From an uncultured Verrucomicrobiae bacterium (GTDB lineage Bacteria > Verrucomicrobiota > Verrucomicrobiia > Chthoniobacterales > JAATET01): a DNA stretch of 64,000 bases. The stretch spans positions 1 to 64,000 of the forward strand of contig CAVRCI010000003.1 of the NCBI GenBank assembly GCA_963719495.1, read 5' to 3'. Shown piece by piece: positions 1-11,600 of the stretch; the first letter of the stretch is position 1; every line of letters begins with the position of its first letter. The translations under genes and the position numbers were made by a program. Under the pieces are notes generated by a model, which saw only the letters and a list, made by a program, of their open reading frames with translations, had not been told where the DNA came from and did not search any database.

Positions 1-45
1 CGCCTCCAGCGTCCAAACGTGATCCCGCAGCCCCAGCGTCTTCAT
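1..45 (-). CDS. 5' end of the next gene of the export operon ([15 protein letters not shown]...), probably the second NHLP-type ABC transporter; runs off the window
   Basis: ATG at 45-43 overlaps the TGA of the upstream transporter (ATGA coupling). Identity inferred only from the usual NHLM operon order. Confidence 0.4.
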   Translation of the reverse strand, partial: MKTLGLRDHVWTLEA

Positions 46-2190
46 TCCATTAACCTCGCGTAGGCTCCACCGACCTCGATCAGCTCCCGGTGCCGACCGC
101 TTTCCACGATCCGGCCATCGTCCAAAACGACGATCTGATCGGCGTCCCGGATCGTGCTCTAGCCGGTGCGCCACGATCAGACACGTGCAACCCCGCGCCC
201 GCAGATTTCCGGCGACGGCTTCCTCCGTCGACGGATCGAGTGCGCTCGTCGCCTCGTCGAGAATGAGAATGCTGCATTTTCTCCCACGAGAGCTCGCGCG
301 ATCTCGAGACGTTGACGCTGCCCGCCACTCAGATTGCTCCCGCCCTCCGTCAACTTGGCCTCGTAACCTCCCGGTCCGCGAACTCATCAGATCATGAATC
401 TCGGCGTCCCACGCCGGCCTTGATCATTCGCTGCGTCGGGATGCCCGCGTCCGACATCGTGAGATTCTCCCGGATCGTCCCACCGAAGAGAAAGATGTCC
501 TGATCCACCACGCCGACGCTCACCACGAGCAAAATCCCGTGGCACGCGCGGCCGCGGCACCCCGTCGAACAACACCTCCCCGGACCACGGCTCGTAAAGT
601 CCCGACGCCAGCTTCGACAACGTCGATTTCCCGCTCCCCTGATCTCCGATCAGCGCGACGCGTTCGCCCGCGCCGATCGTCAGGTCGAAATTTTCGATCA
701 GCGGCGGCTCCAGTCGACTGTAGCCGAACGTGACGTTACGGAAACTCAATCCGCCCCGACAGCCGGCGGCCTCTCCACCAGCGCCGGGTCCGCGTTCTCG
801 TCCGTGAGATGCGGCGCGCTCCCGGTCCGCAACACGTCGTCGAGTCGTCCCACGTCGCCCTCCGTCTGCTGCAGCGCCCCGCCCAGACTCACCAGCGTCG
901 CGACCGGCGCAAGGAAGCTCCCCATCAGCGTCTGAAACGCCACCAGCGTGCCAATCGTCAGATGACCATCCATCACCCGCAGCCCGCCGATCACGAGGAT
1001 TGCCGTCGTATTCAACGCCAGCAGCAACGCCGGCACGCTCAACAGGATCTGGTCAAACGTCGCCAACTCCTGCTTCACCACGAGCGCCTTCGCGTGGTGA
1101 CCCGCCCACCGCGTGAAGAACGAATCCTCCGCCCCCGAGGCCTTGAGCGTCTCGATCCCGCGCAACCCGCCGATCGTCACGCCCGACAGCTTTCCGCTCT
1201 CCTGCAGCACCCGCAGGTTCCCGTCCTTCCGAGCCCGTGACACCGCCACCAGCAGCCGGCATTCGGCCGCAGCCACCGTGACGCCGACGACCGTGAGCAC
1301 CCAGTTCTGCAACCGGAGCAGCAGAATGAGGTAGATCTCGCCGTGAAACACCCCAGCATCGCCGCCGCGAGCTGGCCGGAGAGCAGCGATGCGACCCGGT
1401 CGTTGATCGCGACCCGCGTCGCGATTTCTCCGCCGTGACGCTGGGCAAAGAACTCGATCGGCAGCGACAGAACGTGCCAGAAAAAACGGCTCGACGCCCG
1501 CAGCGCCAACTTCGTCTCCAGCCGCATCAGGTAGTTCGATCTGCACCCACGTCAACGCCGCCTGCACGAGGATCACGCCACCCATCGCCAGCAGCATCGG
1601 TCGCAGCCAAACAGCGTTCGCCCTGCACCAAAATCTGATCGAGAAAGATCCGCATGAACGCCGGCAACACCATCCCCGGCACCACCAGCGCCAGCCCCAC
1701 GCAGACGACGTAGAGCAAATCCCGCCGCGACCCGTGCAACCGCTCACCGAGCGCCCGAAGTAAACTCGGTCGCTCGCCGCCGCGCTGGAAGTCCGCCGTT
1801 TTCTCGAACGTGATCACCACGCCCGTGAACGACGTGTCGAAATCCTCTCGTCCGTCACCTTCCGCGGCCCCATCGCCGGATCGTTGAGGTGGACCTTCCC
1901 CCGCCGGAATCCCTCCAGCACCACGAAGTGATTGAACTCCCAGAAGATGATCGCCGGCAGCGGCAGGGTCCGCAATTCCGCCGGCTCCTTCCGGAACGCC
2001 CGCGGGGCGAGGCCGTAGGTCCGTGCCGCCTTCACGATATTGCTCGCCTTGCTCCCGTCCCGCGACACCCCGCACGCGATGCGCAACTCCTCCAGCGGCA
2101 CGATCCACCGTGATACGCCAGGATAATGGCCAACGTCGCCGCGCCGCACTCGACGGCTTCCATCTGGATGACGGTGGGTGTGCGAATCAC
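42..2190 (-). pseudogene. NHLP/NHLM-family C39 peptidase-containing ABC transporter; several frameshifts (decay or sequencing indels)
   Basis: Fragments across frames: [23 protein letters not shown] (C39 Cys), [14 protein letters not shown] (His), ABC membrane domain, [19 protein letters not shown], Walker [11 protein letters not shown]-terminus GGAYARLME*. Confidence 0.85.
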
Positions 2191-2202
2191 GAGACCGTTC
2201 GT

Positions 2203-3440
2203 TTAGTGAACCCCGAAGAGCTGACCGAACGGCAGCACCAGTGTGATCGGCCGCTGCCGTAGCACGACGATCTGACCCTCGGCGAGCGTGCCCGACGTGA
2301 TGTCCGTCGGCGGCCCCTGCGAGGTCGACCACGCAAACCCACTCGTCGTCGTTTCATCGGGAATCAATTCGACAGTCGCGATGATCGGATTGCCGCGAGC
2401 AAAGAGCTGCTCGACCAGCCGCGAATTGTGGAGGATGGGATTCCGCCGCCGCGTCCGTCGCTGGCAGTCCGCTCACGCTCACCACCGTCCCCTTCAGAAA
2501 CCCGTATTCCTCCCGCTTCGCCACTGAAGGTGCCAATTGCGCCGCCATACCCGGCTTCACCTTCTTACCCTCGCCCGCCGGGATGATACAGGCACTGCAG
2601 CGCCTCGTGCGTATTCTCGAGCGCCAGCACGCTTTCGCCCCGCCGCACCACGTCGCCAATGTCCGTCGCAATCTCAATGATCCGCCCGTCGAACGGACTC
2701 CGGATGTCGATCGCCTCGTCGTATTGCTTCTGCAGCGTGCGAAGTTCGCGCTCCGCGTCCGCGATGCCCAGCCGACGCGCCTCGTCCTTTTCGCGCAGCG
2801 TATTCATCATCTCGGATCGGCTGGTCTCCGTGTTCGCGAGTTCCACCCGTGCGTTCGACGCGCTCCGCCGACTGGAAGCCAGCGCCGTCTGGTTCGCCAG
2901 CAAAGTCGACCGCGGAATCAGGTCCCGCTTTGATATCCCGCGGATCTCCACCTGTCGGAAAGCGCCTTCGTTGCTCGTCGAAATCGGCCGTTATTGCTCA
3001 ACGTTTCCTTCGCTCGTCGAGCGCCGGACCGTCAAACGCAGATTCGTCGCGTTGGCCTCGTCGGGATCCCGTCGGCCTTTTCCAATTCCTTCAGCGCGCC
3101 GCCGCGTCTCCACCCGCACCTCCAGCTCGGGCAGCTCCAGGTGCCCGATCACCTCCCCCTTGCTCACGATGTCTCCCGACGCCCACCGTCAGGTCGATCA
3201 CCAGCCATCCCCGCGCGAAACGACTGAAACGCCCCACCCATCCGCACAAAAATCCCTGGCCCCGCCACCCGCGTCGGCAGCGATCCCAGCAGACTCCACG
3301 CCAGCGCCGCAACGAGGATTTCAACGATGGCGGCCAACGCCAACCAGGCCCGCCGCGCGGAGTCACCGCCAGCAACTGATCAAGCCGCTCGGTGACGAAG
3401 GTTTGTCGAGCGCCTTCCGGCCGAAAAGGTTCGATTGCAT
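2203..3440 (-). pseudogene. NHLP bacteriocin system secretion protein (HlyD family), frameshifted
   Basis: Reconstructed N-terminus MQSNLFGRKALDKPSSP-ERLDQLLAVTP; coiled coil; IRSPFDGRIIEI; GKKVKPGMAAQLAPSVAKREEYGFLKGTVVSVS. Confidence 0.85.
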
Positions 3441-3443
3441 CGG

Positions 3444-5020
3444 TTATCGGCGTGCGAGCCGCGAACGGAATGGTGGTCCAGAGCAACGGCGTGATCCAGC
3501 TGCCGGACTGTTCCACGGCAGGAGGGTTCCGTGTCGCACCGCAACTGCGCGATCCCGATCGCGTAACGCTCGCTCACGTCAACGAACGAAAGCTCGGCCG
3601 AGATCAATCGCTGCCGCGCGGCGATGACGTCGGTGATCGAGCCTGCCCGAGGGAGAGGAGTTCCTGCTGCGCCGACAACGCCTCACGATTGAACCGCGCC
3701 GCCTCCGCAACCGCAGCACCTGCGCCGCCGCGCTCCGCAATTCCGCGAAGACCGATCACCGACGACACGATGTTGCGCTCATATCCTCCACCGGATCCTG
3801 ACTGTCCGCGTACGTCGCCAGATCCTGGATCAACCCTCCGCGCTGGAACTGTTCTCGATCGGCCACTCGAGGTTCGCCGACGCTCCCGGTGAACTGCCCC
3901 CGCGATCCGTCGACGCCGACGACCGCGTGTCGAACGGCACGTATCCGCGTCCAGCCGCAGATCGATGATCGGCGCAAATTCAGAAACGACGCCGTCACCA
4001 GCACCTTCCGCGAAATCTCCAGCGACCGCGCCGTGCAAATCGTCGCGCAACGCCAGCGCCGCCGTCGTCAGGTCGATCAGCTCCGGGTAATCGGGATCGC
4101 TCTGGCGGCACCGGCAGCTCCGCCGAAGTCAGCGGAGCCAGCGCCACCCGGTCGGGACCGTTCCCATCGCCAGCGCGAGCCGCCGCCTCGCCTGAATGAG
4201 ACCCTGTTCGCTCTGATCCGCTGCGCCGCCGTGCTCTGCTGATCCGGCCGGATACTGCGACTGCGAACTCGCCAACTCCTGCGCCTCGACCATCGCCTCG
4301 ACGGTCCCGACCAGCCCGGGGGAAATTTCCTCGTTCTCGACCAGCGGCTCATACCGCTGCTCTGCTGCCGGCAGCTCCATACGTCGAGACCGTCGTCGAG
4401 CACCGCCTGCGACGTCACGTTCCGCAACGAAAACAACTCGCCCGCCGATCGAACTGCGCCGCGATCTCCGGCGCCTCGTTCACCGTCGTCCCAGCCCTCG
4501 ACCAGCGTGAATCGTTACGCCGAAATTAAACCCAGAACTCGCTCATCCATCGAATTTCTCCGGATCACTCCCACCCGCGAAGCGATAATTCGTCGTCGGC
4601 TCGACCACCACGCCGTCGCGGAATTTCTTCCGCAATCCCGACCTCGAATTTGTACAGCGAATTCCGCGCACAAACGCGATTCTGCCAATCCGCTCCCGCC
4701 GCCCGCCCCGCCGGCACAGCCCCCTCCCGCGGCGTCACCGAGCGATCCTCCCGCGCTCCGCGGTCCTCCGCGCCCACCACCGTCGTGTCAAATGGCCCCG
4801 CCGATCACGACGCCACCATCCGCAGCCCACCTGTTCCTCCTGCAGCGCGATCTGCGACTGTCTTCGAGCGTGGCAGAGACCGCCGCCGTCGGGTCGATCC
4901 GTGGCAGGTCGAATCCGAATTCCGACCGGGTGAACTCCCCACTCGCCGCCGCACCCCACCCGACCCGCCAGCCAGCATCAGGAGGCAGCGAACCCAGGCG
5001 ACCCGCCGAGCCCCACTCAC
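3444..5020 (-). pseudogene. TolC-family outer-membrane efflux protein, frameshifted
   Basis: Helical fragments AEAARFNREALSAQQELLSLG, ISAELSFVDVSERYAIGIAQLR and LIQARRRLALAMG; lies directly upstream of HlyD and the ABC. Confidence 0.6.
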
Positions 5021-5318
5021 ACGTAGCCGCGAACCGCTCCACCGGAGCCGTCACTCCGCCGGCCACCCGACTCGATTCCTCGCGGACTCAGCTCGCCGCC
5101 CTCCCACAGCACCCGCGGCAGCACGATGGAGAAACTTCCCGGCTCCTCGACGTGCACGTTCACCACGACATCCTCGCCCAGCGGCAGCCCGAACTCGGTC
5201 AACGCCGCGCGCGGCTCCCGGATCAACCGTTCGCGAAACGACGCGTCCACGAACTCCGCTCGATCAGGTAATCCTCGATCTCGCGCCGGGTCATGTTTTG
5301 AAAATCCGGACCGTTCAT
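5017..5318 (-). CDS. Nitrile-hydratase-leader (NHLP) family RiPP precursor-like protein; frameshifted, 3' end uncertain
   Basis: MNGPDFQNMTRREIEDYLIER / DASFRERLIREPRAALTEFGLPLGEDVVVNVHVEEPGSFSIVLP...GELS / EESSRVAGG matches the NHLP leader pattern with a double-Gly site. Confidence 0.75.
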
Positions 5319-5337
5319 GGTGCAATTCCACACGACC

Positions 5338-6148
5338 TTACGTCGAACCGCTCTCCGTGCCACGAGTTTCGGACGAACGGATCGTCCCCGGGCTGACGAG
5401 GGCGCCAGCGCCGACCCGCAGCGCTGCCAGACAGCGCCGACTCATCGGCCTGCTCGCCACAGACACCTCGATCTCCGCGAGTCCCCTTCCCCGCTCGCCG
5501 ACACCTCCAGCCGCCGGATCCGCGCCACGTTCGCGATCGTCGACCGATGAATCCGAATAAACCGCCGCCGCCCAGTGTCGCCTCCCACCGCACCAGCGAC
5601 CGCATCACCACCTCCGTCGCCCCGCCGCCAGCAACACCTGCGTGTGCATTTCCAATCGCGTGGATCGCGCAATGTCGTCGATCGCGATCAGCGCCGCCCC
5701 GCTCGAACGGCACGAAGATCCGCTGCACGGTCTCCGCCACCTCCGCACTCCCCGCCGCCCAGTCCAGCGCAGCAACCGCCGCACCGTCCGCCCCACCCGA
5801 TCGCTCTCCACCGGCTTCACCAGGAAATCCAACGCGTCCACCTCGAACGCCGCCGCCGCCCACCGCTCCTCACCCGCCAGCAGGATCACGTCCAACGACG
5901 AAGGCCGCTCCCCCAGCATCCGGAGCACGCGCTCACTTTCCCGTCCAAATCACAAAACAACAGCCGGGCCCCCGACCACGACACCTCGCCCAGCGACTCC
6001 GGCGTCCGCGTCACCGAGATCGCCGGATGCCGGAGCAAAAGCCGCTGCAAATGATCCCGAAACGTCCGGTCCGCCGAAAATATCTCCGCCACCAGCGGGA
6101 GCTGCGCACTCCGCCGGACGGCGGCGAAGATTCGGACACGCTTGGCAT
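5338..6148 (-). pseudogene. LytTR/AlgR-family response regulator, frameshifted
   Basis: Receiver fragments LLFCDLDG and AFEVDALDFLVKPVESDR; LytTR fragments FIRIHRSTIANVARI and PMSRR. Confidence 0.8.
5372..5404 (-). promoter_or_regulatory. Putative LytTR direct-repeat site upstream of the NHLP-leader/export operon
   Basis: CGCCCTCGTC ... TCCGTTCGTC on the minus strand, 23-nt period, in an indel-prone region. Confidence 0.5.
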
Positions 6149-6281
6149 GTAGGTTGTTGCGAAATCCATGCAAAGAGCTGCCTGCCAGGTCAAGAAGCAA
6201 CCGCTTCTGACAACCTTCGTTCAGAAAAATACCTCCCAAGGGAAGCAACCGCCCGGCGATGCGGCCCATCTCCCTGCTGCG

Positions 6282-6313
6282 ACCATTCATCCGGCCCTCG
6301 GCGGCCACTCGTC
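6282..6313 (+). promoter_or_regulatory. Putative LytTR direct-repeat site upstream of precursor 1
   Basis: ACCATTCATC (6282) and GCCACTCGTC (6304), 22-nt period, followed by CCAAACACTTGGACGAAA. Confidence 0.65.
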
Positions 6314-6410
6314 CCAAACACTTGGACGAAATTCCCAACCGCTGAAACCGTTCCATCCATCGAAACGCGAGCCACCACTGAGTTCAAAACGACCCAACGC
6401 AACCACAACC

Positions 6411-6749
6411 ATGAGCACCGAAAACATCACCAAATTCTCCGAAGCCGTTGCCGCCAGCCCCGACCTGCAGGCAAAAGTCCAGTTCATCCACGCCTCCACC
6501 GCCCGCGATGCCGCCGCCCGGATCGCCGCGTTGTCAGCCGAAACCGACGCACCCTTCACCGTCGAAGAATTCCTCGCCTCCGCGAACTCCGCCCAGGCCG
6601 AACTCACCGACGAGCAACTCGAAGCGGTCGCCGGTGGCAACCGGGAGGTTCTCGGCCGAGTCGCCGCCAGCATCTTCACCGCCGGTCTGGCCTGCCTGAT
6701 CATGTATCAGAATTCGCAGAACGGTGACCGCCCCCAGAATTGCATGTAG
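6411..6749 (+). CDS. Nif11-like leader lanthipeptide precursor 1
   Basis: Leader MSTENITKFSEAVAASPDLQAK...ELTDEQLEAVAGG; core NREVLGRVAASIFTAGLACLIMYQNSQNGDRPQNCM. Confidence 0.9.
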   Translation: MSTENITKFSEAVAASPDLQAKVQFIHASTARDAAARIAALSAETDAPFTVEEFLASANSAQAELTDEQLEAVAGGNREVLGRVAASIFTAGLACLIMYQNSQNGDRPQNCM

Positions 6750-6796
6750 TCCCCGCGAACATTCCCGCGCCCAGTCCGCAGGAGCGTCGGCGGAAA

Positions 6797-7635
6797 TTAC
6801 TCCGCCGTCGCAGCAGTTTGCAGTTGCTCGACGCTGCGAAGGACTTGGTCCGGCAGCGGATGCGCTTCCCGGGCTGCCACCAGGAAATCTTCCAGGTGCG
6901 GCCGTGAGGCTGTGCCGCCGATCGTCGTCTGGATGACGGACTCGCTGGCGGCCAACCGGAGGTTGAACGCGGTTAAATTGCGACAACCAACCGATTCGAC
7001 GAGCTGATCGAGAAGGTCCGCCTGGCGGCGCTGGATTTGTCACCGGGCCCTCCACCCAGAGTGCGCAAGGCCAATGTCGGGATCCGATTCTCACGAATCG
7101 TCGCCCAGGCCGTGGCGCTGCAATCGCGCTGACAGGCATTCCAATACAAGGTGACGCCGTCGATCAGCTCGCTGCGGGCGGCCCGCACGGCGGCATCGGA
7201 ATTTTGTGGAGTCAAAAAGATCACCGCCTGTCGGATGAGTCCCCGTGAGCGAAGAGAATCGAGTTCTTCAACAAGTGGGCCATCACCGGCGCACAGTTGA
7301 TCCACCAGATTGCCCGGATTGGCATCCATGGAAACGAGCTGCGCCACGTCAATTGATTCCAGTCCGAGACGGCGGCAGCTGTCCTCCACTTCAAACCGCA
7401 TTAATGACACCGACGCATCGCGCACTTTCAGAATCATCGGCGGAACTGCACTTCGATCTTCATCAAATGCCGTCCGCAAAACCATGTAGGTGAAGCCACT
7501 ATTGTAAGTCGGGCTGGAGTGAAACCAGACGCCCGCCTCCATCGCCCGCCGGGCCACAGCAAGGTCGCTTTTGATGTCGGCGGGATTCCTTCCCAACGAC
7601 ATGCTGCCGAAGGTGTAGGGGGTGAATGGTGTCAT
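6797..7635 (-). CDS. Aldo/keto reductase family protein, one frameshift near 7020
   Basis: FGSMSLG, HSSPTYNSG, VEDSCRRLGLESIDVAQL; the shifted frame continues LRLAASESVIQTTIGGTASRPHLEDFLVAA to TAA at 6797. Confidence 0.75.
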
Positions 7636-7778
7636 GCTTTTTCGGTAGGTTGGTCGGGTTGGAACGGCTTCGCCAAGCTATTCATCCTGGTCTCATTCGA
7701 AAAGGATACCTTGCGCTACGATCGCCTCGCCGTCAGACGACCCAACTGGCTCGACAAAGAATTTCCAAGCTTCTCGCC

Positions 7779-7810
7779 ACCACTCATCCAGCCCCCATCC
7801 GCCGTTCATC
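7779..7810 (+). promoter_or_regulatory. Putative LytTR direct-repeat site upstream of precursors 2-3 and lanM
   Basis: ACCACTCATC (7779) and GCCGTTCATC (7801), 22-nt period, followed by CCAATCGCTTGGACGAAA. Confidence 0.65.
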
Positions 7811-7898
7811 CCAATCGCTTGGACGAAAACCCGCGCCGATGAAAATTTCCCCTCCATCGGGAACGCCCACCACGATTCCCACTCAATCAGTCATAATC

Positions 7899-8264
7899 AT
7901 GAGCATCGAAAACATCACCAAATTCACCGAAGTCGTCGCCGCCAGCCCCGACCTCCAAGCCAAAATCCAGGCCATCCAAGCCGCCGCCGCCCGCGAGACC
8001 GCCGTGCGAATCGCTGCCCTCTCCGCCGAGACGGACGCGCCGTTCACCGCCGACGAGTTCCTCGCCTCCGCCCAATCCGCTCAAGGCGAACTCTCCGACG
8101 AACAACTCGAATCCGTCTCCGGCGGCTGGTGGAACTCCGGGGAGGCCAACGTCATGGCCAGCATCATTACCCTCGGCATCGGCTGCGCCTTCATCGCTTC
8201 GGCCTCCGCCTTGATCAAAGGCAACGAAGCCGACAAATGCCAACCCTCGCAGTGGGGGAAATAG
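7899..8264 (+). CDS. Nif11-like leader lanthipeptide precursor 2
   Basis: Leader ends ELSDEQLESVSGG; core WWNSGEANVMASIITLGIGCAFIASASALIKGNEADKCQPSQWGK. Confidence 0.9.
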   Translation: MSIENITKFTEVVAASPDLQAKIQAIQAAAARETAVRIAALSAETDAPFTADEFLASAQSAQGELSDEQLESVSGGWWNSGEANVMASIITLGIGCAFIASASALIKGNEADKCQPSQWGK

Positions 8265-8304
8265 TCCGCCGAGACCCATCACCCCACCCAGCAAACCAAA
8301 CACC

Positions 8305-8655
8305 ATGAGCACCGAAAACGTCACGAAGTTCACCGAAGCCGTCGCCGCCAGCCCCGAGCTTCAAGCGAAAGTCCAATCCATCCACGCCGCCGCCGCCCGC
8401 GAAGCCGCCGCCCGGATCGCCGCGTTGTCCTCCGAGACCGGCACTCCGTTCACCGCCGACGACTTCCTCGCAGCCACCCACCTCAACCATAGCGAGCTAT
8501 CGGACGAGCAACTCGGCGCGGTCGCCGGCGGAGGCTCAAACTATAGCGCGATCTACATCAACACCCACCTGGGTTGCGGCAGCATTCCCGCCAAGTTCGG
8601 TTCCGAGAAGGGCGGTGAGTTGGCTGACCTGCTCCGGAAAGACGGTCGTCCATGA
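8305..8655 (+). CDS. Nif11-like leader precursor 3
   Basis: Leader ends ELSDEQLGAVAGG; core GSNYSAIYINTHLGCGSIPAKFGSEKGGELADLLRKDGRP. Confidence 0.88.
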   Translation: MSTENVTKFTEAVAASPELQAKVQSIHAAAAREAAARIAALSSETGTPFTADDFLAATHLNHSELSDEQLGAVAGGGSNYSAIYINTHLGCGSIPAKFGSEKGGELADLLRKDGRP

Positions 8656-8683
8656 ACAAAGCGAACTCCCGTCCTTGAGTCCG

Positions 8684-11600
8684 GTGAAGGCGCTGGATCC
8701 CAGACTCGTCGACGACCGCCTCCGAGCGTGGGAGAGCGCCATCTCGGCTTCGCCGAACCCCGCGCGCCTCGCCCAGCGTTGGCGCTACCTGGGCTGGTCG
8801 ACCGACGAGGCGCGCACCCGACTCGCAGGAGCAGCCTTGTTCGAGACCCAGCCGCCAGACAAAGCGCACTCGCTCCTCCAACGCGGACTGGCGCGGCTCG
8901 AATCGTCCCCGCTCGGGCCGCTCGACGACGAAGTCCCCTTCGGCGAAATTTTCAGCCCGCTCGCCCACGCGACCGCCGACGGCCTCGCCGGATTACCCCT
9001 CAGTCTCGTCCGGGAACTCACCCGCACGCTCGCCGAACTCGCCGCCCCGGCGCTCATCAGCGAATTGAGCAGCGGCCGCCTCGGCCTCCTCCCGCCTCGA
9101 CGGGAACCCTACGCCCGCCTCGCCGTGGACCTCCGAGCGGGCGGTCTCCGCTCCCGCCTCGACCGCTGGCCAGTCCTCGCGCGCGAACTCGCACTCGCCC
9201 TGCAGCACTGGCGCACGAGCGTCGCGGAGTTTCTCGACCGACTCGCCCGGGATCGTGAGGCACTGGCGGAGACGTTCCCCGGGGCTGAGGGCGACATCAT
9301 CGCCATCGACGGCCAACTCGGCGACGCCCACCGCGGCGGTCGGCGTGTCATGGGCCTCACCTTCGCGGACGGTCGTCGCTTGATCTACAAACCCCGCGGC
9401 CTCCGGATGGACGTTGCCTGGCACGACCTCATCGAATGGCTGCGCATCCGCAATCCGGCCAGCCAACTCCGCGCGCCTCACGCGCTCGACCGCGGCGACT
9501 ACGGCTGGGTGGAATTCGTCGCCCCCGGCACCCCCGCCGATCCCGCGGCCTACTACCACAGCGCCGGCGAACTCCTCGCGCTCGCCTGGATCTGTGGCGG
9601 CTCGGATTTTCACGAGGAAAACGTCATCGCCACCGCAAACGGCCCCGTCCTCATCGATCTGGAAACCCTCTTCACGCCCACCCCGAGGCCGTTCGGCGCG
9701 ACCGATGCAGAACTCGCCGCCGCCGGCGACGCGCCCACTTTCGACACGGGGGTTCTCACCACCCTCCTGCTCCCCGTCTGGCAGATCGACGAACGCGGCA
9801 ACGCCCGCGACCTCAGCGGCTTCAGCGGGACGCAACGCGCTTCGGCGGGTTGGCACGAACCGACCTGGCTCGACCTCGGCACCGACCGAATGCGCCAGGA
9901 AATGCGCCCCGCTCCCGACCAGCAGCCGGGCAACGTTCCCCGCGACGCCGCCGGCCACCTCATCCCGGCCACGCCTTTTGCCGACGAGGTCGTCACCGGC
10001 TTCACCGCCGCGGCCCGCACCCTGCTCGCCGCCCGCTACGACCTCCCGCTCGCGCCGTTTCGGGGTGCCGAGATTCGCTTCCTCGTTCGAAACACCCAGA
10101 TCTACGGCGTCATGCGCCAGCGCCTCGGACGACCGGAATTTCTCGCCAGCGCCATTGATCGCTCGATCGAGATCGAGAAACTGGCCCGGCCCTTTCTCCC
10201 ACCCGACCCCGCCGCCGATTGCCCGGAGGTCTTCAAATGCTACGAAGCGGAACGTCGCGGCCTCGAGAATGGCGACATCCCCATCTTCCACGCGCACAAC
10301 GACGAGACGACCCTCCGCGGGGACGGCGGCGTCGCCGTGCGCGATTACTTCTGGCGCACCGGCTGGCAGAACGCTCAGGACAAGCTCCGCCAGCTCGACG
10401 CGAGCGTCATCGCCGAACAAGCCGCCCTCGTGCGCGCCAGCCTCACCCTTCGCTACTCAAAATCAGACCCCGCACCGCCGGACGACTGGCTCGGCGTCGC
10501 GACCTCCATCGCCGGGGACCTCGCCGCCCGCGCCATCCCGCTGCGCGACGGCGGCATCTCGTGGCTCTCGTTCGGCTTCGATCCGCTGCGCAAGATGCAG
10601 ACGGCCTCCCTCATGGGCCTCGATCTCTACAGCGGTTCCCTGGGAGTCGCCGTCTTTCTTGCCGCCCTCGCTCGCGTGACCGGCGAATCCCGTTGGCTCG
10701 ACCTCGCCCTCGACTCGACGCGCCCGCGCCTCGACGAAATGCGCCGCGACCGCAACCGCCCCTTCCTCACGCACCTGCCACTTGGCGTCGGCTCCGGCCT
10801 CGGCTCGCTCCTCTACGGCTCCCAACTCCTGGCCAATCTCACCGGCCAGGACGACTACCTCGAAGACGCGGCCTTTTTCGCAAAACTCATCGGTGAGCGT
10901 CCCGACACTCCCGGCGACATCGACGACCTCCTCGGTGGTGGGGCCGGGGCCATCCTCGCGCTCGTCCAGCTCCACGCGCAGACCGGCGATCCCTCGCTCC
11001 TCGAGTCCGCGATCCGGCTCGGCGACACCCTCGTCGCCCGCCGCGTCGCCTCCGGCGACGGCCTCCGCGCCTGGCAGCCGGAGTTCGCTCTCCGCCCGCT
11101 CACCGGACTCGCTCACGGAGCCGCCGGATTCGCCTGGGCGCTCAGCCGACTCGGCGAGGCCACCGGAGAGTCACGCTTCCTCGAAGCCTCCACCGAAGCC
11201 ATCGCCTACGAACGCTCCACGTTCCGCCCCGACCCGGGGAACTGGCCCGACTTCCGCCGCGGCGCGTGCACGACCGATCGCGACGCCTTCATGTGGGGTT
11301 GGTGCTCCGGCGCTCCCGGCGTCGGCCTGGCCCGAATCGCGCAGGGATTTTCGGACACGGAAACCCGCACCGAAATCAACGTCGCCATCGCCGACGCCCG
11401 TCACGGTCCAGCGCTAACCCCCACCCACCTCTGCTGCGGCGAATCCGCGCGCATCGAACTCCTCCTCGAAGCCTCAAAAATCACGCCGCACTCCGACCTG
11501 CGAGAAGCGGCGGTCGCCCGCGCCCGCCCCATCCTCACCCAGCGAAACGACGCCGGTCATTTCCCGCTCACGGGTGCCGACCGCGGGCGACTCTTTGCCC

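Noticed and set aside
42..6148. Programmed frameshifting or an alternative genetic code
   Set aside because: The shifts are numerous and irregular with no evident slippery sites, and the rest of the window reads cleanly in the standard code.
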